Source of the DNA: Bdellovibrionota bacterium
GTDB taxonomy: Bacteria > Bdellovibrionota_C > UBA2361 > OMII01
Length of the DNA stretch: 64,000 bases
Assembly (NCBI GenBank): GCA_044360195.1
Contig: JBIKKT010000002.1
Coordinates: forward strand, 31,247-95,246
Reading direction: 5' to 3'
Made by a program: the position numbers and the translations under genes. The notes below the pieces were generated by a model. It was not told the origin of the DNA, made no database searches, and worked only from the letters and a program-made list of their open reading frames with translations. Shown piece by piece: positions 53,921 through 63,899 of the stretch (the stretch's first letter is position 1; every line of letters begins with the position of its first letter).

Positions 53921-54397
53921 ATGAGACATGGAAAGGGTCTAAGGAAGTTAAGCAGGACCTGGAGCCACAGACGCTCCCTGTTGCGAAATCTCGCAACGTC
54001 CTTTATCAAGTACGAGCGTTTTGAGACGACCGTTGAGAAGGCTAAGGAGCTGCGACCTGTAGTTGAGCGGCTTATCACCCTTGGAAAGGATGATACGCTT
54101 GCAGCTCGTCGTCAGGCGTACAGCTATCTGCTCGATAAGGCGGTAGTTCATAAGTTATTCACTGATGTTGGCCCGCGATGCGCGTCACGCGCTGGCGGAT
54201 ACACCCGCATCATTAGAACCCGCGTTCGCCACGGCGACGCTGCAGAGCTGGCAGTAATTGAACTGGTCGACAAGGCTGGTTCAGATGCAGCAGGAGCAGA
54301 GAAGAGCAGCAAGAAGAGCGCTCCCAAGAAGAGCCCAGCTGCAAAGAAAGCACCTGCGGCTAAGAAAGCCAAGAAGGCGACAGAAGCTTCAGCCTAG
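53921..54397 (+). CDS. rplQ: 50S ribosomal protein L17 with Lys/Ala-rich C-terminal extension
   Basis: L17 core, then a roughly 35-aa tail KSSKKSAPKKSPAAKKAPAAKKAKKATEASA. Confidence 0.9.
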   Translation: MRHGKGLRKLSRTWSHRRSLLRNLATSFIKYERFETTVEKAKELRPVVERLITLGKDDTLAARRQAYSYLLDKAVVHKLFTDVGPRCASRAGGYTRIIRTRVRHGDAAELAVIELVDKAGSDAAGAEKSSKKSAPKKSPAAKKAPAAKKAKKATEASA

Positions 54398-54636
54398 TTT
54401 GACCAGTGGGCCGATAGGATCCTCGGTTGGGCATTGACGGGCCAGTCTGATTGAAGGCTGGCTGTGTCATGTTCATTGAGGTACTATCGCAAAGCTACTT
54501 CGTTACCGCAGTATTGCTGCTAAGAGCTTTTTGTGGCCTCCAGAGGGTCCAAGGCTACGATGGCCATGTGTAGTAACGGACTGTGGATTAGGCAACTAAA
54601 AATCGTAGTTTTATAGTTTCTCAGGCGGCTTCTTCG

Positions 54637-55005
54637 GTGACTTCTCATAACCCTGTAGTGCACGAGAGTGCCGTCGTGATTGAGAGAGGCAGTAGGGCCC
54701 TTGAGCTTGTAATGCAGCGGTCGCCGGAGTCTGTCGAGGCGCTGGAGGCTTATGCCAAGGCATTAGAGTCTTGGCAGCGGGTATTCGATGAGGCTATCAA
54801 ATCAGACGGAAATGATACTGCAGAGTGTCTAGAAGTTGCCTCAGCGATTAGTGAGCAGCATGATAAGATAGTGGCTGCGACCAAAGAATTGCACGGAGAG
54901 TTGGGGAGTTCAATTAAAAATCTAGGTGGTTGGATGAAGGGGGTGCGCGCTTACATGGGCGGTTCTTCAGAGCGATTGACTACCATGAGGCCAAAAAAGG
55001 GGTAG
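54637..55005 (+). CDS. hypothetical protein
   Basis: 122-aa ORF (GTG start) ending 4 nt before lptE. No motifs. Confidence 0.3.
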   Translation: MTSHNPVVHESAVVIERGSRALELVMQRSPESVEALEAYAKALESWQRVFDEAIKSDGNDTAECLEVASAISEQHDKIVAATKELHGELGSSIKNLGGWMKGVRAYMGGSSERLTTMRPKKG

Positions 55006-55008
55006 GAG

Positions 55009-55593
55009 ATGAAGCGTATTCTTGCGGCGTTGTTGTTGGTTGTGGTGAGTGGTTGCGGCTATACGTTTCGAGGTAGCACAACCGCTTTGCCACCTGACGT
55101 AAAGAAGATATTCATCCCTGAGGTTGAAAATAACTCAACTCAGCTAGGCCTTGGAGATAAAGTTACAAATGCTTTGCGAGAGGAGTTCGAAAGTTACGGT
55201 GCTCTCTCTGTGGTTGAGCGGCAAGGTGATGCTGATGCAACTTTGAAGGTTCAGATCCTTGATGTTGTGCAATCAACGGCTGCAACGCGCTCGAATACAA
55301 ACACCGCTCTCCAAATGGATACTACCATGTTTATCTCTGGAGAGTTGCGTCGGGTAACGGGCCCATTACTCTGGAGAGAAGGAAAGCTTCGAGTTACCAA
55401 GAATTACGGGGCAGACAGTAGTGTTGTTGTCGCTAGCTCTCCCGATTTCGCCGCTGGATCAATATCCAGCCGTGATCTTGCCGGCTTGAGTAGTCGAGAG
55501 ATCTCCCGTGGTCAGGAGCAGGATGCGCTTGGTACGTTGGCAACCGATGCTGCCCGCATGGTGTATGACAAAGCCGTAGCGCCTGATTTTTAG
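55009..55593 (+). CDS. lptE: LPS-assembly lipoprotein LptE-like
   Basis: Signal peptide plus lipobox VVSGCGYTFRG (compare E. coli LptE AGCGWHLRD). About 190 aa. Confidence 0.55.
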   Translation: MKRILAALLLVVVSGCGYTFRGSTTALPPDVKKIFIPEVENNSTQLGLGDKVTNALREEFESYGALSVVERQGDADATLKVQILDVVQSTAATRSNTNTALQMDTTMFISGELRRVTGPLLWREGKLRVTKNYGADSSVVVASSPDFAAGSISSRDLAGLSSREISRGQEQDALGTLATDAARMVYDKAVAPDF

Positions 55594-56115
55594 TTGATAG
55601 ACGAAGTGGTAGGTATGCTTGATACAAATGTAGACGAAATTGACGGGGCACTCGCTGCCGCAAAAAACTTAAATGCTGCACTGAAGAAATTCCTGCGGGT
55701 TGAGGGAACAAGCAGCCCTCAAGTAAATGCTTTTGCAAAGGACTTTCGTGGTGCAGTTTCGCGTGGCCGCCCCGAAGCAGTGCGGGGCTTTATTGAAAAG
55801 AACTTTCCGAAGCGCGAGCTATATTTTCTTGGCGTAGTTCGCTATGCGCATGCTGAGTTTTTTGAAGGTGTACTTGGTGACGTATTCCGAGAGTATGCAG
55901 ATCGTTTTAATGCAACCTACGAAAAAACCTCTAGCGGCGTGAAGCTCTCAGATGAAAAGGAGTTCTCATCAATTGCTAGGGCCGTACTCGATATGGTCAG
56001 CGAGCGGATTAAGGCTGCTGAACTCCCTGAATCGAATTTCCTCAAAAAAGCGATGTTGGTATCGATCTTTGAGCAAGAAGTCTTGGCTGAGGTGGTGAAG
56101 GTTCTGCGGGCCTAG
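55594..56115 (+). CDS. hypothetical protein
   Basis: 173 aa, start adjacent to the lptE stop. No recognisable motif. Confidence 0.3.
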   Translation: MIDEVVGMLDTNVDEIDGALAAAKNLNAALKKFLRVEGTSSPQVNAFAKDFRGAVSRGRPEAVRGFIEKNFPKRELYFLGVVRYAHAEFFEGVLGDVFREYADRFNATYEKTSSGVKLSDEKEFSSIARAVLDMVSERIKAAELPESNFLKKAMLVSIFEQEVLAEVVKVLRA

Positions 56116-56119
56116 GGGG

Positions 56120-57181
56120 ATGTGGTCTTTCTGCTTGTTTAGTGGGTTTAGAGGCCGTACTATTGAAGGGATGCGCTCATTCCTTCGCCCGTTGCTTCTC
56201 TGTGCCCTCTTGCTTTGCAGTCTGTCGGCAAATGCACAGCTAAGCCCTTCCCCAAGCGGCACTCCTACTCCTGTAGGTACGGTAGTCACCAAAGCGAACA
56301 ATAACTGTTGCTTTTGCATATATCCTGACAAGGGTAAGCGCGACTCTGAGAGGCTCGCAAGAGAGTGCGAACTATGTGGTAAGGCATTCTCTAAAGGCTG
56401 CGACCTCTATCGCGCCATGCAGCAGATCGATTTTACCGAGGAAAAGATCCAAGCTTTTTCATGCGGGTCAATCTCGGTTGTTAATAATCAACATGGACCA
56501 AACACGGCCGCCACGCTGGCGCAGGTTAAGGTGTGTCAGGCTGCCTTTCCGGGGTGTCCTACTAAGATAAACGATCTCTCCTGCTCCAGTTACCGTGATG
56601 ATGCCTCTGCCTGGGCGGCGATTAGGGATATTCAGCGGTCTATACCCGTTGGGTCAACCGTCCAGCTTTGCGGTAGTGCTTCCGACAACTTTGAGTCTGA
56701 CTGCAGTTTCCAGCGCATCTCCAAGCACTGGATTATCGCTCCTTCGGTGGTAAAGGAAGAGCTTGGGTTGTGTCCGGAGTTCGGAGAGAACTGCAATATG
56801 CCATATGACGGCGGAAAGAAATTCAACTGCACTGACACCTTAGGCAGGAGAGTATCCATTCCGTGTTGTAGGGGGAGGATCCAATCTACCAACGATGAAG
56901 GGCAGCGCGGTGCTTATGGAGCAGCTGCTGGCTTCTGGGGTAACCAGAATGGCTGCGACGGGCGGGGCTGCGACTCGGTACGATGTCCGCCTGTAGAATC
57001 CTGCCTTGATGCAAACCGATACAAAGTGCAACGTTGCGTGGGAGATGCTCGGACGGGTTTCTGTCAAACATACGTATCGAAATGCCCGCCCAGCAGTGAG
57101 TGCAGGAAGAAGGGAAATTCGAGTGATAAGTGCTGGAGCATCGAAACGCCTGTGCCCATGACAACGTCGAGACCTCGCTAA
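56120..57181 (+). CDS. secreted cysteine-rich protein
   Basis: Signal peptide MRSFLRPLLLCALLLCSLSANA. More than 30 Cys in the mature region. Confidence 0.4.
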   Translation: MWSFCLFSGFRGRTIEGMRSFLRPLLLCALLLCSLSANAQLSPSPSGTPTPVGTVVTKANNNCCFCIYPDKGKRDSERLARECELCGKAFSKGCDLYRAMQQIDFTEEKIQAFSCGSISVVNNQHGPNTAATLAQVKVCQAAFPGCPTKINDLSCSSYRDDASAWAAIRDIQRSIPVGSTVQLCGSASDNFESDCSFQRISKHWIIAPSVVKEELGLCPEFGENCNMPYDGGKKFNCTDTLGRRVSIPCCRGRIQSTNDEGQRGAYGAAAGFWGNQNGCDGRGCDSVRCPPVESCLDANRYKVQRCVGDARTGFCQTYVSKCPPSSECRKKGNSSDKCWSIETPVPMTTSRPR

Positions 57182-57200
57182 GGTGTTGGTTCCATCCCTT

Positions 57201-58673
57201 CTACCGGGATACCTCCCCCAGTTCCACAAACCGCGTTGCCACCCGCTCAAGAAATCGTCGGTCGTGAGAGACAAAGACTACGGTTCCTCCACCACTTATG
57301 AGCGTTTCTTCAAGTTGCTCGATCCCCTCAAGATCCAGATGATTCGTTGGCTCATCAAGGATGAGTAGGTGAGGGTGTGATAACTTTAGAATAAGAAACG
57401 TCAAGCGAGCGCGCTCGCCGCCACTTAAGGTCGCTACCAAGGTGTTGTGCCGAGAGTATTCAAATCCCGCCTCAACAAGTTCAGCTGTTACTCGTTGGTG
57501 TGGTATCGAAGACCGCGCAGCGACTGCCTCGGCTAGCCGTTCACCGACTTTAAAGTGTGCTAAATCCTGGTCGTAGTATCCGATGGTGGTGGATGGGTGA
57601 AAGAAAATCCCCGGTGCACCTGTGCTACTCGAGAACGCAGCCACCAGCGTCCTGATAAATGTCGATTTCCCGCATCCATTCGGTCCTACGATAGCGAGCC
57701 GCTCTCCTCTACGAACGGCAAGATGCTCAAGTGTCCGCAATCTATGACCACCTGGTGTTACGAGTGGTAGCCGACTGATTTCGACCATTCGAGCGGAGTG
57801 TGTTTCGGCAGCTGTAAGGGATACAGACGCTCGTCGGTTTACGGGGAGTTCTGTAACGTCCTGCTCCATGCGGTTAATGCGCTTCTGCATCGATTTGGCA
57901 CGGTACGAAAACTTTTCGTTGCTATAGATCCGTCCCCATTCAGCCAGCCGGTGAGCTGACTCGCGCAGCCGCTCAAGCTCCCGTTCTTCGCTCTCGCGGC
58001 GAGCGCGTGCCGCTGCATCGTGTGCCGCAAGTGCTTCGCGCGCTTCGGAGAAGGGGAGATTAAAAGAGTGAATCGTGGAGTCCCGCAGAAATAAGGTGCG
58101 TGATGTGACGTTATCCAACAAAGCTCGGTCGTGCGAGACGATAAGAGCAGCCGCGTTTAGGTCTTCAGTCACAAAGCGCTCAAAGAGCCCTACCTGCTCT
58201 ATATCCATGTGGTTCGTTGGCTCATCGAGCAAGACGATGTCGGGATCGTTTATGAGAGCTCGAGCAAGGAGCGCTCTGTTTACCTCGCCGCCGCTTAGAG
58301 TTCCTAGCGGTTGCATGTGGCGTTGGGCAGGAAAGCCTGCCGCAATCAAGCGCTGCTCAATGAGGTACTCAAAGCCTGTAAATCTGAGTGCAGGAGGTAA
58401 CTTCTCAGTTAGTGCGTCAAAGAGAGATACATTACGCAGTGAATCGGGGAGCACTTGCGGCACATACTCAATTACTACGCCGTTTCTCCGAGCTATAACG
58501 CCACTATCAGCTTCGACCTCACCAGCGATGAGTTTTAGGAGCGTTGATTTACCGGAGCCGTTTAATCCAACAAGCGCTGCACGCTCGCCAGGATTTACAG
58601 CAAAAGAGAGACCAGTGAATAGATTCCTTACTCCAATAGAGTAGGAGACCTGTGAAAGGGAGATAAGAGACAT
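57201..58673 (-). CDS. ABC-F family ATPase (two tandem ABC domains, no TMD)
   Basis: Walker A GLNGSGKST and GPNGCGKST, each followed by an LSGGE signature. A charged inter-domain linker is present. Confidence 0.8.
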   Translation of the reverse strand: MSLISLSQVSYSIGVRNLFTGLSFAVNPGERAALVGLNGSGKSTLLKLIAGEVEADSGVIARRNGVVIEYVPQVLPDSLRNVSLFDALTEKLPPALRFTGFEYLIEQRLIAAGFPAQRHMQPLGTLSGGEVNRALLARALINDPDIVLLDEPTNHMDIEQVGLFERFVTEDLNAAALIVSHDRALLDNVTSRTLFLRDSTIHSFNLPFSEAREALAAHDAAARARRESEERELERLRESAHRLAEWGRIYSNEKFSYRAKSMQKRINRMEQDVTELPVNRRASVSLTAAETHSARMVEISRLPLVTPGGHRLRTLEHLAVRRGERLAIVGPNGCGKSTFIRTLVAAFSSSTGAPGIFFHPSTTIGYYDQDLAHFKVGERLAEAVAARSSIPHQRVTAELVEAGFEYSRHNTLVATLSGGERARLTFLILKLSHPHLLILDEPTNHLDLEGIEQLEETLISGGGTVVFVSHDRRFLERVATRFVELGEVSR

Positions 58674-59046
58674 ACGTACCTGTAAAAATGTAAAAAGAAG
58701 GCTCCTCGTGAGCCGTAAGCATGCAAGCGAAGGGAGAAGCAGGATCTATGTCAAACTGTAGATACACCTCTCCCGTGGTTACGCGGAGAGTGGACCACGA
58801 CGGTTAAGCCCAACGAGGATGCGGGCTACCCGTCGCGTCGTTCCTAAGGACGCAAAAAGATTTCGAAGTGAGAAAAATGAGGGGCTCATAGAGTTCCGTC
58901 TGCTATCTCGGTAGGATGCAGGTAAGTCACGTTTAAGTCAAAATAATTCGACCCGTATCTGAATTCTTGGCGGGCAGTGAGTGACAGAGACCTCTACATA
59001 GCCAGAGATCTCCGTAACTCCCCGCTGTTATTGGTCATTGGTTTTC

Positions 59047-59895
59047 TTACTTGTTTCCTGGTTGCACAATAACACTCGGGGTTGCGCCGGGTATTGGGCC
59101 AGGTACTCCAGCTTTGCCGATACCCTCTGCGTCTCTTAGAAGCTGGAGATAGTACATGGTAGCGAGTTGAGATTCCGGGACACCAGCCTCTTTGAGCTTT
59201 TGCAGAGCTCTTATCGTAACTGCGGTTTGGGCATCTGTTACATGCACTGCGTTACTTGCTACCTGAGCCTGTACGCGCTGTAGGTCAAGCTTGCGCTCCT
59301 CAGAGACGATCTGTTCAAGATCTGCATTCGCTTTTTGCGATAGTCCAACTCCCGAAGGTATTACAGCTTCAATTCGAATGTAGGGGAGATTGTTTGACTC
59401 CAACGTCTGTTGAAGCTTAACAGCTACCTTTTTGCCCAAATCGGTAAGGTTATCATTAACCGCCGACGTGGGGACCTCGCGATAGGTATCGATGATTGCA
59501 GGCAAGGCAAAATTACGAATAAACGGTTCAAGATCGGTGACGTCGTCGCATTTTAGCTTGGTATAGATCTCTCCAAAATCTTTATGGTCGCTCTTCAGCA
59601 GGTAGTGAATTTCAAAATGGCCAAACACCTGAGCTTTCTCCTTGGTTCGCACAGCTACCTGATCTTTTTCGCTTGCATCCACCGTCATGCGTTGAAGCCA
59701 CTTAGGAAGGCGAATGTACTCTAGCTGTGGCAGAACGGCGTCCATCTTTACTCCGGGTTCGACGTGAGAGTTTGCAAGCTCGCCACCAACAATCTTAAGG
59801 GCTGCTTCGCGTTCGGTAACCCGCGGCACAACCGCATAGAGCGCCATTGCAAGAGCGCCGATTCCAGCCGTTCTAGTTATGACTTTAGCCTGCAT
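59047..59895 (-). CDS. SPFH/Band-7 (prohibitin/HflC-like) membrane protein
   Basis: Strong SD GGGAGAG before the ATG at 59895. N-terminal TM, then an SPFH-like region and a coiled-coil C-terminal part. Confidence 0.55.
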   Translation of the reverse strand: MQAKVITRTAGIGALAMALYAVVPRVTEREAALKIVGGELANSHVEPGVKMDAVLPQLEYIRLPKWLQRMTVDASEKDQVAVRTKEKAQVFGHFEIHYLLKSDHKDFGEIYTKLKCDDVTDLEPFIRNFALPAIIDTYREVPTSAVNDNLTDLGKKVAVKLQQTLESNNLPYIRIEAVIPSGVGLSQKANADLEQIVSEERKLDLQRVQAQVASNAVHVTDAQTAVTIRALQKLKEAGVPESQLATMYYLQLLRDAEGIGKAGVPGPIPGATPSVIVQPGNK

Positions 59896-60471
59896 ACTTC
59901 TCTCCCTTTTAGTTGCCTGATCTAGTGAGCGCACTAATCGCCGCCCTGCTAGTGGTCCTTAGAGGCAGTTAAGTCGAGTCGGGGGGTTTTTGTTCGATTA
60001 ATTCGTATTCGTTGCGCTAAAAAGATTTGCTTAAATATGAGCGTAGCCTAGAAGGTAGTTCGGGGCCCCGTGAAAGAGGGTTGTAACCATGCTAAGAACC
60101 CTAGCAGTATAATGAAAAAAGATTTCCTGTTGCGCATTTTGACAGTTTGGCTTCGTCCCGCGCCAAGGCGTCGGCGGACAAGGCAACTTCGTTGGACACG
60201 TCAAAAATATCTTCGACGTATCTCAGAGGATACGCCGCCGGTTTTTTAGGCGTCTCCGCCTCGTTTCGCCTAAACTCTCAAAATGCCCGCGACGGAACCT
60301 TTTTTTACCACCCAGCTAGTCGTCTATTTGCACGGCAAAGCATGGAGCACACGAAAAAAAGACCCAGTGCTACGACCTGAAGGCAGCACAATCAGAGTGG
60401 CTTTTAGCTTCAACAGTGGTTAACTGAGCTCGCCGGTTGCTTATGATATTCGTACAGTAACTGCCTGACTA

Positions 60472-60741
60472 CTAAGCAGCGCCCTTGCTAGCCTGGGAAG
60501 ACAGTCGGCTAATCTTTCGTGCTAGTGTTGCTTTGTGAAAGAGGCCCTTCTTAACGGCCTTTGACATGAGAGACTCAGCTTCACGAGCTAGCTTCTTCGC
60601 TTCAGCAGAATTTCCGGCAGTAGCGACAGCAGCAGTAGCCTTCTTGAGCGCAGTACGAACCTCTGCTCGGCGAGCACGGTTGTGCTCACGGCGCTTAATG
60701 TTCTGACGGTTACGCTTAATAGCTGATTTATGATTTGCCAT
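60472..60741 (-). CDS. rpsT: 30S ribosomal protein S20
   Basis: MANHKSAIKRNRQNIKRREHNRARR.... Confidence 0.9.
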   Translation of the reverse strand: MANHKSAIKRNRQNIKRREHNRARRAEVRTALKKATAAVATAGNSAEAKKLAREAESLMSKAVKKGLFHKATLARKISRLSSQASKGAA

Positions 60742-61288
60742 AACTACTTTTACTTACTGTTCGAAAGGGGTCTGCTATCTTCATTACGTAGAGACCACAA
60801 TTTAAATCGGAGCTCAGTCGTTACTCAGCCCCAGCTAGCTTTGTCCCAAGGGGTGGTTCGCAGAACCCCCGAGGCCGGGAAGGTATACCACGATGCTGCA
60901 AGGGACTCAACTTTCAGGGGTGGCGGGCGGAATACGAAAAAGTTTGTCATCCCTTCGCAACGACGCCTGTTTGGTGGGTGGAGCCTTTGGGTCCTTACCA
61001 GTCTGGGAGTAAGATGGTGCGCCTGGTAGTTCATGGAGTATTGACAAATATCCAAGTAAATCAAACACATGAAGGCGATTTCCTGTAGCCAAATCTGGCT
61101 TTTTTAACCTATCAAAACAGCCAAGCGGCTCATCTCTTCGTAACAAAATGCCTTCAAGCGTGCGAAATTCATCAGATGTTCAGTCGTTTCAGTATCTTAT
61201 CTGTTTTTATGGGTTTTGTCCTAAATACCAGGAATCCAATCGCTCAGATTAGTCATTCTTACTACCACACCAGCCGAGATCTAGCGGA

Positions 61289-62821
61289 GTGGTGAAAGAA
61301 GATCGCCCCCAATCGCTTATGCAACAGCCGCTACCGCTATTTGCCAATGTTCTCCTGCTTGAGGATGAGCCAGCGCACGCCTTGCTCATTGAGCGAGCGC
61401 TTAAGGGATTAGGTGAGCACGTTGTTGCATGCGGCACTGTAAAGAGCGCGTTAGAGGAGTTATCGCACAGGTCCTTTGATCTTGTAGTTAGCGACCTAAA
61501 CCTCCCAGACTTGCGTAGTGATGCAGTGGTGAGTGCGCTCAGATCTCAGGCTCCTAAAGTTCCACTCCTTGTGCTCACATCATCTGCTACGGTGTCAGAT
61601 GGTGTCTCTGCGATGCGGTCTGGTGCTAATGATTTCTTGGTGAAGAATTTTGATGCTACGTTTCGTGACGTGTTGCAGTTATCGCTTTCACGCCTGAAAG
61701 AGTCGCTGCGTAGTGAGGAGCTACGCGAACAACTCACACGTGACAGAGATCTCTTGCGTGAGGCGCTTGAGAATAGTGGTGATGGATTGGCCGTAGTCAC
61801 TGCTGACGGTGCTGTGCGCTATTGCAACTCAAGCTTTGAGCGTTTTCTTGCGGTATTCAAGGCGTCATCTCGAAATGTGCTCTCCGTTAACCCTACTGAA
61901 GTTGAGCGTGGTGCGGAAGTTCTTGCTACCCTTGAGCAACGCTTTGCGTCGCATGAACCCGGTTCAGTATGGACGACAGAGATAGTTCAGCGTTCAGGGA
62001 GCGAGTGGGCTTTTGATCTCTCGGTCTCATGTGTTAAAGGTGCGACCAGTGAGCCTACATGTGTAGTGTGGACGCGAGATGTGCGTGAACGGAAGAAGCG
62101 CGAGCAGTTCCAACGCGAGATACTCTCAACCACAACACACGACCTCAAAGGTCCCCTGGGGGCGATCTCTGTCTCGTGTGATGTGTTGCTTGGGAAAGAG
62201 GGTGCAGACGATCGTACCTATGCACTCGTTGAGCGGATCTCAAGCTCAGCTCATTCGGCGATACATCTCATCGAGGAGTTTTTGAGTTTGCGGCGCATAG
62301 AGGAGGGGACCTTCATCCTACGACCGGTTGCCTACGACTTGGTGCGCACGGTGAGAAAAGTCGCTGAGCAGTATCGGCTAGAGGCCAAGAACAAGGGGGT
62401 TACCTTGCACGTTGATTGTGAGACACCAGAGCTCTCAGGGTGTGTCGACCCACTTGGTTTAGAACGTGTCCTCTCGAACCTTGTTTCAAACGGCATTAAG
62501 TTCACGCCGCGTGATGGCGATATCACTGTGTCTCTGCGGAGGTTACAGGACGGGGCTGTGCTATCGGTGAAGGATTCAGGGTGTGGAATGGAACCGGCTG
62601 ACGCCCAACGGCTCTTTACTCGCTACGCCAGACTACAGCAGCATGAAAGTGTCGCTGGAACAGGGCTGGGACTATTTATCGTAAAGTGTATAGTATCGGC
62701 CCATGGAGGGGTGATTGATGTTATCTCGAGTCCAGGAAAGGGAACGGTGTTCTCTGTGTTTCTTCCGGATTCTCCCCCTCGTAACGAACGGGGAGAGGTA
62801 GTGTGTTTGGATTTTGCGTAA
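61289..62821 (+). CDS. hybrid sensor histidine kinase (N-terminal receiver, PAS, HisKA, HATPase_c)
   Basis: REC (LLLEDE...DLVVSDLNLPD...K), H-box TTTHDLKGPLGAI, G-box GTGLGLFIVKCIVSAHGG. The start is uncertain (GTG 61289 or ATG 61319). Confidence 0.75.
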   Translation: MVKEDRPQSLMQQPLPLFANVLLLEDEPAHALLIERALKGLGEHVVACGTVKSALEELSHRSFDLVVSDLNLPDLRSDAVVSALRSQAPKVPLLVLTSSATVSDGVSAMRSGANDFLVKNFDATFRDVLQLSLSRLKESLRSEELREQLTRDRDLLREALENSGDGLAVVTADGAVRYCNSSFERFLAVFKASSRNVLSVNPTEVERGAEVLATLEQRFASHEPGSVWTTEIVQRSGSEWAFDLSVSCVKGATSEPTCVVWTRDVRERKKREQFQREILSTTTHDLKGPLGAISVSCDVLLGKEGADDRTYALVERISSSAHSAIHLIEEFLSLRRIEEGTFILRPVAYDLVRTVRKVAEQYRLEAKNKGVTLHVDCETPELSGCVDPLGLERVLSNLVSNGIKFTPRDGDITVSLRRLQDGAVLSVKDSGCGMEPADAQRLFTRYARLQQHESVAGTGLGLFIVKCIVSAHGGVIDVISSPGKGTVFSVFLPDSPPRNERGEVVCLDFA

Positions 62822-63852
62822 CGACTCGAGGGCGCAGGCACTTTCTCTACGCGGGTAACTCTCCGCGCTTGTTCGCTCGCCACTCCTTTCTGCTTGTACT
62901 CGCCGCGTTTCTTTTCTGCTTCTGCTCCATAGCGAGTGCATCTCCTCTTGCTATCTTTGATAAATCCTCTGAGCGTTCGTGCTCAGGCACAGATGTATGT
63001 GACCTCACACTGTTCTCTCGACAAACAGTTGGTGGATATACAGGTATGACTCTCTCCCGTAGCGGGTCAGGTAAGGGACGCATATCAATTGCCCCAGGGC
63101 GTTCGTCGTCAGTAGTGCAGATTGAGAGTCAGGGGGCAGGGATAAGCACCACAACACTCTCATGGGATGGAGACCCGAATGCGCGCGTGCTCTCGGGTGC
63201 GGGTCTTGGATGCTTTGATTTTAGGGCTTTCCACGGAGTTGCCTTCGTTATCAAAGATTTTGTTGCAAGTGCTGACTGTCGTGATGACGCTGGGGCAGTA
63301 ACGCCCTGCGCTGACCTTAGTATTGAGAGTAGGCTCTACGCGGCATCAGACCCCACGGGGCAGGTGTTTTCGTGGTCGCGCATCAGGAGAAAGATCGCCC
63401 CAGGCAGTGCGCGTGACCTTGTAATTCCGTTCTCTAATTTTGTGCGCAGCTCCCCGCGCGGGCCAGGGCTTTTCGAATGTGCTGGTGCGCTGACGATAAC
63501 GTTCAAGGCTGTTGGCACAAAGACACTTAAGCTCGGAATGAGTAGTGTGCTGATCGACGATGAGTTAGGGGCATCCGTACGACCTACGCCGATTGTCACA
63601 CGTGCAGCGAACGTGGTGTTTTCTCCGACTCCCACAGAGCTTGCTCCAACACCGGACCCAACAAGCTCACCAACTGCAGCCGTTGCACCTACTGGAGTTG
63701 TTGAGTTGCCCGCCACTAGTGCTCAAACAGCGACTGCGGTGCCGCCTGTGCTATCACCTCAGCCAACCCCGGCCGTGCCGCCAGCCTCTCAGCTCAGTAA
63801 AGAAGGGGAGTCTGACGTTGTAACTACCTATGGCAACGTTATCGCCGAGTAG
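62803..63852 (+). CDS. secreted protein with Pro/Thr-rich C-terminal region
   Basis: Signal-like segment HSFLLVLAAFLFCFCSIASA. The alternative start TTG 62869 gives a cleaner signal peptide. The C-terminal 90 aa are P/T/A-rich. Confidence 0.4.
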   Translation: MFGFCVTTRGRRHFLYAGNSPRLFARHSFLLVLAAFLFCFCSIASASPLAIFDKSSERSCSGTDVCDLTLFSRQTVGGYTGMTLSRSGSGKGRISIAPGRSSSVVQIESQGAGISTTTLSWDGDPNARVLSGAGLGCFDFRAFHGVAFVIKDFVASADCRDDAGAVTPCADLSIESRLYAASDPTGQVFSWSRIRRKIAPGSARDLVIPFSNFVRSSPRGPGLFECAGALTITFKAVGTKTLKLGMSSVLIDDELGASVRPTPIVTRAANVVFSPTPTELAPTPDPTSSPTAAVAPTGVVELPATSAQTATAVPPVLSPQPTPAVPPASQLSKEGESDVVTTYGNVIAE

Positions 63853-63899
63853 GCCCATGCGTAGACTCTGCGCGCATTCGCGTGATAAGGTTTCCAGAT

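Noticed and set aside
60147-60380. ORF 60147..60380(+) and 60730..61029(+)
   Set aside because: No RBS, odd composition, and they overlap the predicted rpsT terminator and promoter regions. Treated as non-coding.
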